NCBI GenBank assembly: GCA_964270895.1
Contig: OZ185445.1
Reading direction: 5' to 3' (one strand)
DNA: 64,000 bases
From: Podarcis filfolensis
Lineage: Eukaryota
The notes under the pieces are model-generated. The model was given only the letters and a program-made list of their open reading frames with translations, did not search any database and was not told the origin of the DNA. Both the position numbers and the translations under genes were made by a program. Below are positions 23,844 through 36,400 of this stretch, piece after piece; position 1 is the first letter of the stretch, and each line of letters starts with the position of its first letter.

Positions 23844-26489
23844 TAAGCAGCCAAAGGTTTGTTTAAAAATAAATAGCAAATTAATTTACATTGGGAATTC
23901 AAGTGTCAGGTTACATACTGCAACAGGAAACATATTCCCTAAAAGATGCTTTTCCAAACTCTCCAAAGTAGAAATTTAGCAACATTTCTAGGCAGAATGT
24001 TATTCTTGGTTTGTTGGCTTTGCACTGGAAATTATCCTAAGATTTCTAACAAGGCAAAGGGCAGCAAAAGGGAGAACAATTGTTCTTCACTTCCTTATGA
24101 CAACCTTTCTAAAATACCTTGTCATTAATACTATTTTCACAAGGCAGACAATTCTTCCTTTCCTATTTCTTATAGCCAATTTCTCACATTCTTATCTATT
24201 TCTACTCTCCTCTGAACTGTCGCCAGTTTGTCTGCATCCTCCTTAGGTGTGGCTATCAACACAAGACAAAATTGTTCCAGCAAAAGCATGATCAAAGCCA
24301 AGCAGAAGACGGTTACTCCCTAAGTGGTGGATGCTGTGTTTCTATTAATGCAACTCAAAACAGTATTTTATGTCTAAAACAATAGATCAGGCTATTAGTT
24401 TGCTATGATTTTTTTTTACTGTCATTTAAAAATAGGCTTGATATAATATCAAATCTTCATCTACCCTAGATCAAGCTTAATAAATAATTCCCAAAATTCC
24501 TACTTTCTGCAACAAGATCCCTGCCACCAGATCTTCCTGTTTCTTTGAGTAATACTGTTTCCTCTTCTACAAAGACTTGTTCTAATGCAATCTTGCAAAG
24601 AAGCCCACAAAAGGTGTTAACCTACAAACATATTTACCAGCCCTCTTATCCACAGGATAGTTAAAAATAAAATAAAAAGAACTTCTATCAGAGAGCTCTT
24701 GCACCAGCCTATTTAGTTCTTGTGCTAGATGTGCATAAAGGGGCTTTCCTGATCCATGGCTAGTATGGAGACCAAATAAATATATCACGATTCTAGCAGG
24801 TCACTCACTCATCTGCATGGAATTCCTGAAGCAGATTCTTGGCAAGGCTATTCATTATCTTTAATACCAGAGGTAGTTTGTCTCTGAATACCAGTTGTTG
24901 GGGACCATAAATAGGGGAGAACTGTAACAGTTATCTGCAGTAGTGGGCTTCCTACAGGCATCTGGCTGGCCACTGTGAGAACAAAATGCTGGGCTAGATA
25001 GGCTATTGATTTGACACAGCAGCTACCAGGCTGAGTTGTTGGAAACAATATATTCTAAATGATTGGGATTTTTAAAGCAAAATACTTTATCCATCAAAAT
25101 TCAAAATATTTTAACAATTCATATTCAGTGACACTGAAAATACTCCAATTAAATTTTGATGCAAAAGGTTGGTATTGTGAAAAGAGACATGAAGTTTTAA
25201 TCTTGCATAATCTTAAATGCATGCTTAACTAAACTGTGTACTGCTAACCCAGCATCACCGATCTAAATGGTACTCCTGCTGTTGACTTTTTTTTTTTTTT
25301 GCCCTCCTAGCCTACAACTACTTGCAGTGATGTTACATGATGAATGTTGGAGAAATTAGGGGACAGAACCCCAACAGCTCCTAAAATTGTAATCTAGTAC
25401 ATCAAGCGTGTCTGCTCCCCGACCCCTCTGGCTAACTCCCTGAACAGCAGTAATGAACACTTAAAATAACAAAGCAATCCTACCATATCTACACAGAAGT
25501 AAATTATACTGAATTCAGTGACTTACTCCCAGGTAAGCAGAGTTTGGAATCTAGCCTAATTTACATAAGGAATGCAGATTCTGAAGAAGTGTGTCATAAT
25601 AGGAAGAAATCAGGAGAAGCAAAGTGGTAGAATGTTGCAAGGGGGCAGGAAAAATGGAAGATGGTTACAGATGGAGCAAAAGTATCAAAGAGAGCTACTG
25701 TCGAATATCCTGTGAAGGGGCCATCACACATTATTTGATTTAATTGTTTGCAGACTCTTTTTCTGTGCAAGTCAATGAGATGTTTATATTTGCTCCTTTG
25801 ACATGTACCTTGAAAATGTAAGAACTGCATTCCTGGCTGATATCAAAGCCTACATGTTGCCCAATAATTCAACCTTCAGTTGTAGCCAGCCAGATCATCA
25901 TGACCATGCCTGTTTGCTAAAAAAACCACTGGCTGAGTACATCTGTGCCCACATAAAAGTATCAGTTTGAAAATGGGACTCCCAAGTAGGTGTCTATGGG
26001 CATGATGGAACTCCTGCCCTTCCCTTCTTAAAAAAACCAATTTATTTATTTATTTATTTCAACAACTTACATACCGTTTAACACCAAGTTTCAAAGTGGT
26101 GTACCATTAGATTACAAAAACAAAAAATGAAGTTTTTAGGAGGTGTTATTTGTTTGGCAGGGGGTGGCCTACTTTTTTGTCTGTTTTATTTGAGTTGTGC
26201 ATAATAAATTTGCCTCTTGTTCGACAGGAGTCGGTGGGTCTCAGCATAAAAAAAATATATTGTGAAATGGGTATTTTGTGATGGCCACAATTTTTTAGAT
26301 TTCTAAATGTGCTCTCGAGTCTCAAAAGTTGGGGACCTGTTGTAGAACCAAGTTGGCAACTACAAACCCATGAACTGCATACAGATCCCCAAATCAATTA
26401 TATTTGCTCCCTGGCATATTTTAAATGCAAGGTATGGAGTGTTTGCTCAGATTCTGTAAAGTGGTCTCTTTGTGGGAGGTTTTACTGTA

Positions 26490-26626
26490 CAGTGGTACCT
26501 CGTGAAGCAGTGGCACAATGGCAGCAGGAGGTCCCATTAGCTAAAGTGGCGCTTCAGGTTAAGAACAGTTTCAGGTTAAGAACGGACCTCCGGAACGAAT
26601 TAAGTTTTTAATCTGAGGTACCACTG
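26490..26626. mobile_element. Short, internally deleted Tigger-type MITE
   Basis: TA|CAGTGGTACCTC ... GAGGTACCACTG|TA; body matches 19932-20173. Confidence 0.8.
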
Positions 26627-27025
26627 TATTGGTTTAGAGCCTGTTATTAACCCAAGGTACCACTGTATATGGAATGCCTGAACTACTGCTATACTTAGGT
26701 ACATATGTTCTGCTGCTATATCCTTAACTAGTGAACCTTGGGGCTACCACAGAGCCTACCACAGTGGCATCAGAGTCACAAAACAACCTCTGCAAAGATG
26801 CCTCTCCAGTCCCTTTTTTACAGCCTTTTTGGCAACAGGGGAAGATTTTCTGAGGTTTTTAAGCAGTTTCTTAACACCAGACTGCAAACTATTTTATGCT
26901 TTTTCTAGGTAGTTATTTTGTTTTTTAAATGTATGTATTAAATTTCCAGATATACATTTTCCATCATTAAATACACAACAGTACATCCAATGACTTCCCT
27001 TCTTCTTCTTCCATGGTTCCTTGTA

Positions 27026-27244
27026 CAGTGGTACCTCTGGTTACAAACTTAACGGAGGTCCGTTCTTAAACTGAAACTGCTCTTATCCTGAGGCGTGCTT
27101 TCGCTAATGGAGCCTCCCGCTGCACGTGCACCTCCGGCACGTGATTTCCATTTGCAGCCTGGGGCAAAGTTCGCAACCAGGAGCAGCTACTTCCGGGTTA
27201 GTGGCACTCGTAACCTGAAGCGTTTGTAACCAGAGGTACCACTA
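27026..27244. mobile_element. Tigger-type MITE
   Basis: TA|CAGTGGTACCTCTGGTTACAAAC ... GTTTGTAACCAGAGGTACCACTa|TA. Confidence 0.85.
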
Positions 27245-27295
27245 TATGTCCAAAAGTAACTGCATAGTCTATTTCCTCCATCTAGTTCCCTCCTT

Positions 27296-27626
27296 CAGTG
27301 GTGGTGGAAGCCTCTCGGGCACCTGGGGCAGAGCGCCCAGGGGCAGGGCGAACCGCCCATAGGGGCGGAGGGTGCAGCGCCCATAGGGACGGGGGGGCAC
27401 GCCACTCTTAAAGAGGGACAGGACGGGGCATGCCACAGGGCCTCAGCCACCCTACAGCTGGGGGGGAGGCAGTGGGTGGACAGCGTGGAGCCTATGGGTG
27501 CCGGAGATGTGTGGCTCTAGTGCGCTGCAGGCCCCATAGTGAGTGCCGCCTGCCATTTTGTCACCCCCCTCAGTAGGAACACCCAGGGCAGATCACACCT
27601 ACCGCACCCCCCTTGCTACACCCCTG
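27296..27626. mobile_element. GC-rich hAT-type MITE
   Basis: Ends CAGTGGTGGTGG / GCTACACCCCTG, with a perfect 8-bp TSD CCCTCCTT at 27288-27295 and 27627-27634. Confidence 0.8.
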
Positions 27627-28475
27627 CCCTCCTTTCCTTTATATCTTAAACTACATTATACTGTTGAATGTAGATTTAAGATATAATGGAAAACGGGAAA
27701 CTAGCTGGATTATATCAAATATGCAAGTAGTTATTTTGGGGCAGGGGGTTGCTGCCTTTTATTGTTGATTACTAAGCTTTAATTATTACTGCATACGGTC
27801 TTGTGATTCTAGTATGTTTGCTGTCAGCCACCCCAAGCGTGTTTATCGATAGGTGGCTATAATAAGTCTAATAAACAACTTCGTGTCATTGGCTACCTGT
27901 GAAGAGGGCAGTGTATACTGCAAGATGCATTTTAGTTCCTTAAGGCTGGATGATTTTGCATGCTCCCCCCAAAATGAGAAATTGCTTTTCCCTGCTCTAG
28001 CCTAGTCCAAAACCAAGCACATTTCTCATCCCACCACAATTAGCAGCACCACAAAATGCCATGGTAAAATAAATAAAAATCTGAAATCGGCTTCTGTCAC
28101 TTGGGAACGAACCATGGCAACAGAGGCGTCGCTGCCTGTCTCTTACGGAACGAGCCTGCTGTGCATGTTTCCTCAGAAGTAACTATTGCAAAGGACTGCA
28201 GTTTCCCCTTCCTTCGGTTTAAGCGTTGGTTATGCACACACTACATATGCACGGCTGCCCGGAGCCACTAAAAACCCTCTATATGTTTTTATCTGCCTAT
28301 ATGTGACTACACAGGCAGCTGCCCCATTGCTGAGAAGGAACTCCTTCGCTTCCCTTTCCATAGCTGTTCCTAAACGAGGTGGGGAGAGAAAAGTTCCCTT
28401 TCAGGGGAGGCGAGAAGAGCAATATAGCAGGCGGAGGGAAAGAAAAGCTCAGGTAGACACACCTCAGTCTCTCAC

Positions 28476-28600
28476 CAGCCCCCGCTTCCGCAACAATTAA
28501 GCCGCGCCAAGATGGCGACCACCCGAGGCTTTAGAAAAGAGAACGGACGACGGCCGGCGTCTTGAGAATCCCGCGCCCAAGAACTACAGCACCCAAGAAG
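28476..28600 (-). other. POLK: Putative POLK non-coding exon 1 (5' end not defined)
   Basis: A donor-like ctg|GTGAGa lies at 28476/28475 on the minus strand, at the edge of the CpG island. Exon 2 has an upstream acceptor, so a non-coding exon 1 must exist; this donor is only my best candidate. Confidence 0.4.
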
Positions 28601-28690
28601 CCCCGAGGAACGCGGCGACTCGCTGGTTCCATCGACCCCGCCCCGTTTCCCAGAGGGCAGCGCGCCGCCACAAACCAACCCCCTCAGCGG

Positions 28691-28709
28691 ACTACACCTC
28701 CCAGCATGC
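28691..28709 (+). promoter_or_regulatory. ZNF143/Staf (SBS) plus THAP11/Ronin-type motif ACTACACCTCCCAGCATGC
   Basis: Close match to the ACTACAnnTCCCAGnATGC motif typical of vertebrate bidirectional promoters. Weaker copies lie at 28583-28601 (+) and 28739-28754 (-). Confidence 0.75.
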
Positions 28710-28769
28710 CGTTGACCCAAAAGCCAGGGCGGGTAGGGCTTGGAGAATTATAGTGGCTGAGAGCGAGTT

Positions 28770-28908
28770 NNNNNNNNNNNNNNNNNNNNNNNNNNNNNNN
28801 NNNNNNNNNNNNNNNNNNNNNNNNNNNNNNNNNNNNNNNNNNNNNNNNNNNNNNNNNNNNNNNNNNNNNNNNNNNNNNNNNNNNNNNNNNNNNNNNNNNN
28901 NNNNNNNN
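28770..28908. other. Assembly gap (139 N) inside the promoter
   Basis: Run of N in the sequence. Confidence 1.
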
Positions 28909-29164
28909 GGCGTGGCTGCCTCAGATGGTCGGCACTATTATCTACCAGCGTGCGCTGAGCGGGGTTGGGGGTTAAGTCGGGCGCTGCGGTCCCGGCGGTG
29001 GCCAGAAGGGGACAAGCAGAAGGGCTGGGGCGGCGTCGGCGACAGCAGCGGCAGGAGCAACAGCGGAGCCTCGCGGAGAGAGGCGCCAGGCAGGTAGAGC
29101 GAGCTCCCGCGGCGGCCTCGTCGCTTCGCTGCCCGCTGAAAACGGCTGTGAGGGAGGCGCCTCC

Positions 29165-29260
29165 ATGTCGGACAACCAAAGCTGGAATTCCTCGGGCTCC
29201 GAAGAGGATCCCGAGACCGAATCCGGGCCGCCTGTTGAGCTCTGCGGAGTCCTCAGCAAG
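29165..29260 (+). CDS. CERT1: CERT1 (COL4A3BP/GPBP/STARD11) coding exon 1: [32 protein letters not shown]
   Basis: gcctccATG start, 96 nt, donor aag|GTaagg. Near-identical to the human CERT N-terminus. Confidence 0.97.
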
Positions 29261-30648
29261 GTAAGGAGGTTCCTTCCTCTCGCCGCCACGGAGCGGTCGT
29301 GCTAGGCTTGGCTTTTCACCTGAGCTCCTGAGCCTCCCCCCCCCCCCTTCGTCTCCTTCGTGGTCGACGGGGGACATGCGGGGGGCGCCCCCTGCCGTAG
29401 GGGAGCCTGGCGCCGAGTCCCCCCTCTCCCCGCAATAACTGGCCACCTCGCCTGGTAGGGTGGCGGCCTAGGAGCCTCCTGCCCTCTTCCCCAGCTTAGA
29501 GGGAGGTCTCCGCACATCTCCTTCCCCGCCTCCCACTGGGTGTTGTGGCTTCTGTTTTTGTTATTATTCCGGTTTGGTGGTGGTGTGTTAAAAAAAAGGC
29601 TTTACCTCCGCAGTCTTGGAAACCTTTTATCCGGGTTGGGGGGCGGATTGCTTAGTTTCAGAGAGAAGCCTTCGCCCTTTCTAGGTGGAAAATGTCTGTG
29701 AATGTCACTTTCTCTATTCCCCAGGAGCCCACCCGCCACTGCCACCTTTCCTTGATGATCAAAGTATGAGTCTTGGTTTGAGGAAGGGTGACTTGGTAAA
29801 ATATTATTCGTGCTCATTGGAGTGGGACTTTTATTATTTAATTTCTGTGTGTGTGTGTGCATGTGATGCAGCGGAGAAGGAAAAAAGATCAATCTGTTCC
29901 ATCAGGTTCTTCTCAAGAGCCTGGTAATCCTGACTAGATTTCACTTGTAGCCACAGCTTGGCTGAGTAATGCTGCCGAGGCAGCCTGTATGGGGAATCGC
30001 TCAGGGCGCTTCCACTCGTTGATTCTGCACGACTGGAAAAGCTAACTTCTTGGGCCTGCGAATCGAAACCTTACACGGTTTTCTCCCTCTGTTAAAAAAA
30101 CGAAGGAAACAAAATCATGTGATATGCATGAACACATAACGCACAATTGTACCATAGAGAAGAGTGGTGTGACCTTTGCTCTAAACAGTGCAGTAAAATA
30201 GACTGACTGGAGGGACAGTATAGGGAGAAAGTACAGGAGAAAGCAGCTGTATACACAACTGGAGGACTTGTAAGGCTTCAGTCCCTGTATTATTTCTAAT
30301 TTTTAGCGTGAATCCTTTGCAGTTTTGCTATTTAGAAACTTGCAAAGGAGTCATTATTCAGACAGAAAGCTAAGTTTTTAAGCAAGACATCAAGTTTTAG
30401 CATTATGATTAAGTCCTTCAGAAACTAAATGGTAATTTTGCTTTTTGAAGCAGTTTCACTTGCACTATGTTTCTGACCCTGTTTTGTGTACTGAAGCAAG
30501 CAGTGAAAGCACAAGCTGTGAGATGCTCAAGTTGGAAAACGTTATTGCTGAAAAAGCTTTTGCAGTCCAGTTAGTTTTCACGTATTTATAGGGAAACTAA
30601 ACATAAATTCCCAAGTATTGTCATTTCTGAATTAGAAGGTAGATAAAG

Positions 30649-31004
30649 GTAGAGGGTAAAGGGACCCCTGACCATTAGGTCCATTCGTGACCGACTCAGG
30701 GGTTGCGGCGCTCATCTCGCTTTATTGGCCAAGGGAGCCGGCGTACAGCTTCCGGGTCATGTGGCCAGCATGACTAAGCCGCTTCTGGCGAACCAGAGCA
30801 GCGCACAGAAATGCCGTTTACCTTCCCGCCGGAGCGGTACCTATTTATCTACTTGCACTTTGGCGTGCTTTCGAACTGCTAGGTTGGCAAGAGCAGGGAC
30901 CGAGCAACAGGAGCTCACACCGTCGTGGGGATTCGAACCGCCGACCTTCTGATTGGCAAGTCCTAGGCTCTGTGGTTTAACCCACAGCGCCACCCGCGTC
31001 CCGG
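30649..31004 (-). mobile_element. Full-length Sauria-type SINE
   Basis: Minus strand reads GGGACGCGGGTGGCGCTGTGGGTTAAACC...GGTTCGAATCC. 16-bp TSD TAGAAGG(T/C)AGATAAAG at 30633-30648 and 31005-31020 (one mismatch). Confidence 0.92.
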
Positions 31005-32666
31005 TAGAAGGCAGATAAAGTGCTGCAAATGGGGACTCTGGATCAGGTAACAAGAATATGACACATGGCATGCTGTCCAGATCTCAGAGATTGGAAACTC
31101 ATGCAGCCCTTTAGCCCAGTATGACTTTAGATGATAGTTAGCTGCCAGAAGGCATTTAGGCATCTTTGTTACAGCAAAGATATGAAGCAATTCTCTGCCA
31201 TTTTTCAGTAGGAATGGAGACTCCTGGGGTTGAGTCTAGTGCAGCTTTCTTCAAAACTGGCTATTCCTGCTGGCTTTAGCTAAATGGCCTGATTTTTGCT
31301 CTAAAGCATAAGCACAGAATGCTCACCTGCACTCATCTTTGAACAGAATTGTAATGCTCACAACCAGTGTGGATTTAGACTGTTGCCAGGTGCAGGTACT
31401 GACGGTTGTGTACAGTATGTAATGTGGCAATTATTCAACATCCTTGACAACTTTCTTTTCTTGTCAACTGTTTAGTTTTAGTTTTTGTTTTAAACTCAAT
31501 CTGCAACTTAATGCAACTTTTATTATTAGCCAATGTACAATTTATACCAACATTATTTCAGTTCCTTGTCATCATGTGACTTCCAAATGTTAAATCTCAA
31601 GGTTGAAATGTATGTTGCTTTTACAGGCTGCCCACCCCTGATGTTAGCCAGGATGCCTTTCCTGTTCTCATCGATACAGGAATAAATGAAAGGAAATCTA
31701 AATTGCAAAATGTCTCTAACCTGTTGCATATTAAAAAGCTGAGCTACATTATTGCATAGTTTTTAGAACTTTCTTTGTGATTTGTGTCTTCATTAATTAA
31801 ATGAAATAAATTGAAATTAGTAGATTTTCAAGGATTTAAAAAGCAATAATACAGTCTTCTGCTAAATATAAGGTACAGGAACAAAAAAAACACCATTTGT
31901 TTTCTTATAGAATGCCCACTTGAATGGCAACTTATGCAAGTGCTTATTATGCATGCACATATATTATCGCTGTAGAATTCTATACAAAGAATAATTTTCT
32001 GTATGTTAGCTTGTCAAACTGCTAAGCTTGCTTCTATCTTTAGTACAATCTTTTTCTTTTTATACAATTCTAATTTAAGACTTTCTATATATTTTAACTT
32101 ATAGAATGAAACTCATTGTTGTGGAATGGCTTTTGATCTAAGAGATGTCCATTAACATAAGGGAATGGGAGATTGTTTTTGCCAATCCCCTCCTCCTGCT
32201 GCAGCCCCTGAACCTCGCAAAAATGAGTTCCAGAAGTTTGGAGGACCCTTCAGAAGAATGTGGAGGATGACATGAAAAATTCAGGGGACTGCAGCTGGAA
32301 GAACTTGCAAAAATTTATTTCACTCTTGATCAAATGCCACTTTACAAGGTTATTGTCCATTGCATATATATTTTAAGATATGGATTATATTATTAAGATA
32401 CAAGTAGCATTAAAAGTGAAATCCTCAGTTCAGTAATTCTACTGAACATTAATTAAAACTAGATTGATGATCCATTGAGGAAGGGTTAACCAGTGACTGT
32501 TCTATTATGATCTTACTTATCAGTGGTGGAAACTTTATTGCTATTTAAGTTACTTTTATTTAATATTTTAATATTATGTTTACTTAGTTACCTGAAGTAA
32601 CTTGAAGTAACTAATTCTCTTTGGGTTAGTCCTAGAATTTTGTTACAAGTTAAGAATAATTTGAAG

Positions 32667-32809
32667 AGTTCCAGCTCAGTTGGTAGAGCATGAGAGACTT
32701 AATCTCATGGTCATGGGTTCAAGTCCCAAGGGCAAAAGATTCCTGCATTGCAGGGGTTTGGACTAGGTGACCCTCGTGGGCCTTCCAACTCAACAATTCT
32801 GTGATTCTA
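32667..32809 (+). mobile_element. Short tRNA-derived SINE with CR1-like 3' tail
   Basis: Head AGCTCAGTTGGTAGAGCATGAGA..CTTAATCTCA.GGTCATGGGTTCAAGTCCC (tRNA-Lys-like), then tail TTGGACTAGGTGACCCTCGTGG.CCTTCCAACTC.ACAATTCTGTGATTCTA. Confidence 0.8.
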
Positions 32810-33292
32810 ACCAGGGCATCTTTACATTTTGATGAATTTAATCTGGGACAGTGGTATGGATTTTCTGGAAAAGTTTGAGTGGAAATATTGTTTACCCTAT
32901 ATCAGCTTGTTAGCATGCTAATTTAGCATGCTTAGATTGTATAGTTGGTTCGGTGTCTAGGGGATAGTAGTCTGAAAAGGTTAGTTGCAACTTTGAAATT
33001 GCCTGTTTTGATACTGTATCCATTCATGATGTTGCAAATAAAATTTAGGTAACAATGTACTTTTAAAACAAAATTAACTGCAGAAAAGGGTGATACCAAA
33101 CAGTAGGCATACTACAAGTAGACCTACTGAAAATGAATGAAAACATTTATCTCAGTTAGTCAACTCTGACTTGAATGCCACCAATTGTAGTGGCAAATCT
33201 GCTGTCTCACTCACATCATTACTATCTGCAAACATCTGTCTATATAAAAAGTGTAATTCATGTTACGCTGCAGTAAATTCACTGATCAATTA

Positions 33293-33435
33293 CTGTATTT
33301 TTCCATGTATAAGACTAGGTTTTTTCCCTAAAAAAAATGTCAAAAATTAGGGAACATGTTTTACACGGATACATCTCCCCCTACTTTCTCAAATCTGAAT
33401 CCCCTGAATTCCGTCTTATAGACGGAAAAATACGG
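33293..33435. mobile_element. Minimal Tc2-type MITE
   Basis: TA|CTGTATTTTTCCATGTATAAGAC ... GTCTTATAGACGGAAAAATACGG|TA. Confidence 0.8.
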
Positions 33436-36400
33436 TAAATAACTTTTCATCTTAGTTTCAAGACTCCTCATACTGGTAGGGAATGAGTTCATTTATTTGG
33501 GAAAGAGTAAGTTATTTTCTCTTCACTTTTGCCATGCAAATGTGTAGGATGATATCTGGTCATACTTGGAATAGACGCATCAAAATCAATGGACTTGGGT
33601 AATTTAAATTGATTGGTTTCAATGAGTCTATTCATGAGTATGACTAACACTGGCTATTACCTATAATCTTGGGTCCATCACATGACCTGTGAAAATTGTG
33701 GTGATGATGTCTGTTTTCAGCAGTAAGTAGCCATGGTTAATTAGAAAATCTCCAAAATTCCTAAATTGACTCTTAAGCTGACACCACCTTCCTCTGTAAC
33801 GACTGTACACCCACATAATCTATTCCAGATGATTGGGAGAGGAAATTTATTCCACCATCAGTGTCCATTCTGCCAGTAGATGAATACCATTGAATTTTAT
33901 TCATAATAAATTGGTGACTTATTAGGGCTATCTCAGATGTCACAAAGTAATGAAAAATCAAAACTCTCCTCAATACTTTGTGACACTTTAGATGATTCTA
34001 ATAATTGCATTGGCCCACTGATAGGGGTTCCTTGCAAATATGCCTAAATCTTGGTTGTTCTTTGTACCTGTTCTTGCTTGACTGCAGATGGCAAGAATTG
34101 AACTCTGTATTCCAAGAACTGCACTATGGCTTTGTCTATTCATGTTGTTTTCTATGCTGTGATGAATAGTTCTGTTTGCCTTTTGAGCAGTGAAATGTGT
34201 GGAACTGATTATTGTATTATTGGAAATAAATCCTGGTGGCTTTTCTCAATTATAATGTTTACTTAAGTTAAAAGAAATGAAAACTTTTTTTAAACTAAGA
34301 AATGAATACTTTTTTATTTTGAGTGTATGTATAAAACTTTGTGTTTGTTTCTAATGATTAATGTATTGTACTTGCCAATTTGAATTGTTTAAAAATGCAA
34401 CTATACAGGCACAAAGGCATGCTTCTGTAATTACCATTTTCATTCACTATGACAATCCTATGAGGACACAATGGCCTGGTTCAGAAATCATGGTAAGACA
34501 AACTATGACTTAACCAGGATTGTGTGGGATTCCAAAGAGAAACTTGTGGTCACATTGCTCCTTTCCTGGCTTTATTCCAATGCTAGGTCAAGGTTTTACT
34601 TCAAAATGATTTCTGAAACTACGCCTTTTTATAAAACAAAAGAAGAACCCTTGTTAGCTGGAAAAACTCAAGGCATTGAGTGTTGCCCAGGCCCTTAAAA
34701 CTGACTGCTAGTGGTCCCTAAGAATTCTGACAGTACCCCATACCTAAATAGGACTGCCTATTGTTGATCTAAAATATTTTCCTCAGCTTGCTGTCAATTA
34801 ACTTGAACTCAATTAACTTGCAGTCCTCTGGTACTTAAGTTGAATTAGCTGTTGAATTCTCAGAGTTCTGCTGTCTCATTTGGGTGTCTGCTTAGAATGC
34901 ACAAAACTGGTTGCTTACTTCAGTTCAGTCTCTTTGGTTCAAAAATTGAAGTGCTAACCCATGAAGCTTATATGTGACTATTTGTGCTTGATTATTCTTC
35001 ATTAATTTAACATAAAGGTTGGAGTTCATTGTTTGACCTCTGAAAAGGACCTCTAAGGTTCAGTGTTGAACCAGTGAAATAGTTTATAGAACTTTATATT
35101 TATTTTGGCAGGCATTAATCTGGTTAGTTTTTATGTACATTTTATCTACTGCTGTGTTTATGTTTTAGTATTCAATTGGCTTTTAACATTATGTTTCTTA
35201 AATTGTGCTTAGTTTAATTGTTAGCTGCCTTTGGCATCTGTTGGACAGAAAAGCAGATTGTTTAAATAAAATATTTCATATAGAACTAAACCTAGGGATA
35301 TCAAGCACATAGAAACGAATTGGCAGTTTTAAAAGCCAGGAAGATTTTTGGTCAGCTTTTCCCCATACCCCACTACTGTATGCCAGGTATTTTAGAACTC
35401 AAGCAGCTAGTATCTGTAGATTCCTATTTTGATACAAGTATTATCTGCAGCAAAATGTTGCAGTATACTCAGCTCCTGTTCTTTTTAGTCTTCTTTAGGC
35501 AGGGTTCAGAAGGATGGGAAAGAATGAACCCTCTTTCTTTCTAATCCATCTTTGAGGCAGTATCTACTCTACAGTACTAAAGAATTGGGTGGCAGGTAGT
35601 AGAAAAAGATAAATAAAAGCATTTATTTCATTCCATTTATGAATTGCTTCCTGTGAAACAGCTCAAAGCAATCTAACATTAAAAAACACAGGCATTTTTT
35701 AGCTATTAAGCTTGGATGAGAATTCTGGAGAGTAGTAAATGGAAAAATCAACTTTATTCATTTTCTTTTCACCTCAAACATCACTGTGTAGTCTAGGGAA
35801 TAAAGGGCTTTTTATTTTTTTGAAGAACACATCACAACACCTGCTTCCAGAATGCTTTTTCTAAGCTGATAGGTGTTTGAGCTGGCTAATTACCTCCCCA
35901 CCCCCATTGTAAATACACCCTATGCCAAACTAGCACCTCAACAGCATTCTGTCTGGAAGCTAACAGATGCTTGTCAGGTTTTGGATGTGGGAAAAAAACT
36001 TAACTTACAGATGAATATATTTATATACATGCAGGGAACCACCCAAGAAAAAGTAGGCAGCTCTTGAGGTAGTGCTATTCCACCTCACCTCGTTCCCAGT
36101 GGAAGCCAGTGCTGGCAGTTTTACCAGCAATATCCCTTTCCTAAGTCATTTCAGGAAACCATTAGTACTCATCATTCTGTGGGCCATACTCAGATTTGGT
36201 GCTCTACCCTTGCAGAGGTTACAGATCGCCTGAAGCTAAAATCTGATAAAGTCTGATGAAGTTAGTGAATCCTTCTGTACTTATGATTGATTGTATGAAT
36301 CTGTTTTCATAGATGTTAATGAAGTATTACCAGTAGTATTTATTTTAGGAACCCAAAATCCATTGCACAATGCTGACGGGGTGTTAATGCCAAATATTAA

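Larger units (their letters stand above)
28380..29530. promoter_or_regulatory. CpG island / bidirectional promoter shared by POLK and CERT1
   Basis: GC and CpG content rise abruptly between two divergently oriented genes. Motifs: ETS-like CTTCCG 28485-28490, YY1-type CAAGATGGCG 28508-28517, GC box CCCCGCCCC 28636-28644, and ZNF143-type motifs. The same head-to-head arrangement is established in mammals. Confidence 0.9.

Noticed and set aside
28112-28121. RFX half-site CCATGGCAAC near the POLK 5' end; GCGTG AhR-like cores at about 28910 and 28949
   Set aside because: Short motifs without a full consensus (no complete X-box, no TNGCGTG) are expected by chance.
28748-29446. 232-aa minus-strand ORF and other ORFs across the promoter
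   Set aside because: CpG-island composition suppresses stops, the ORF spans the N gap, and it has no recognisable homology.
32667-32730. Apparent tRNA-Lys gene, and the tRNA-Ile-like sequence at 59820-59889
   Set aside because: The acceptor and T stems do not pair properly, and both run directly into a CR1-like tail, so they are SINE heads rather than tRNA genes.
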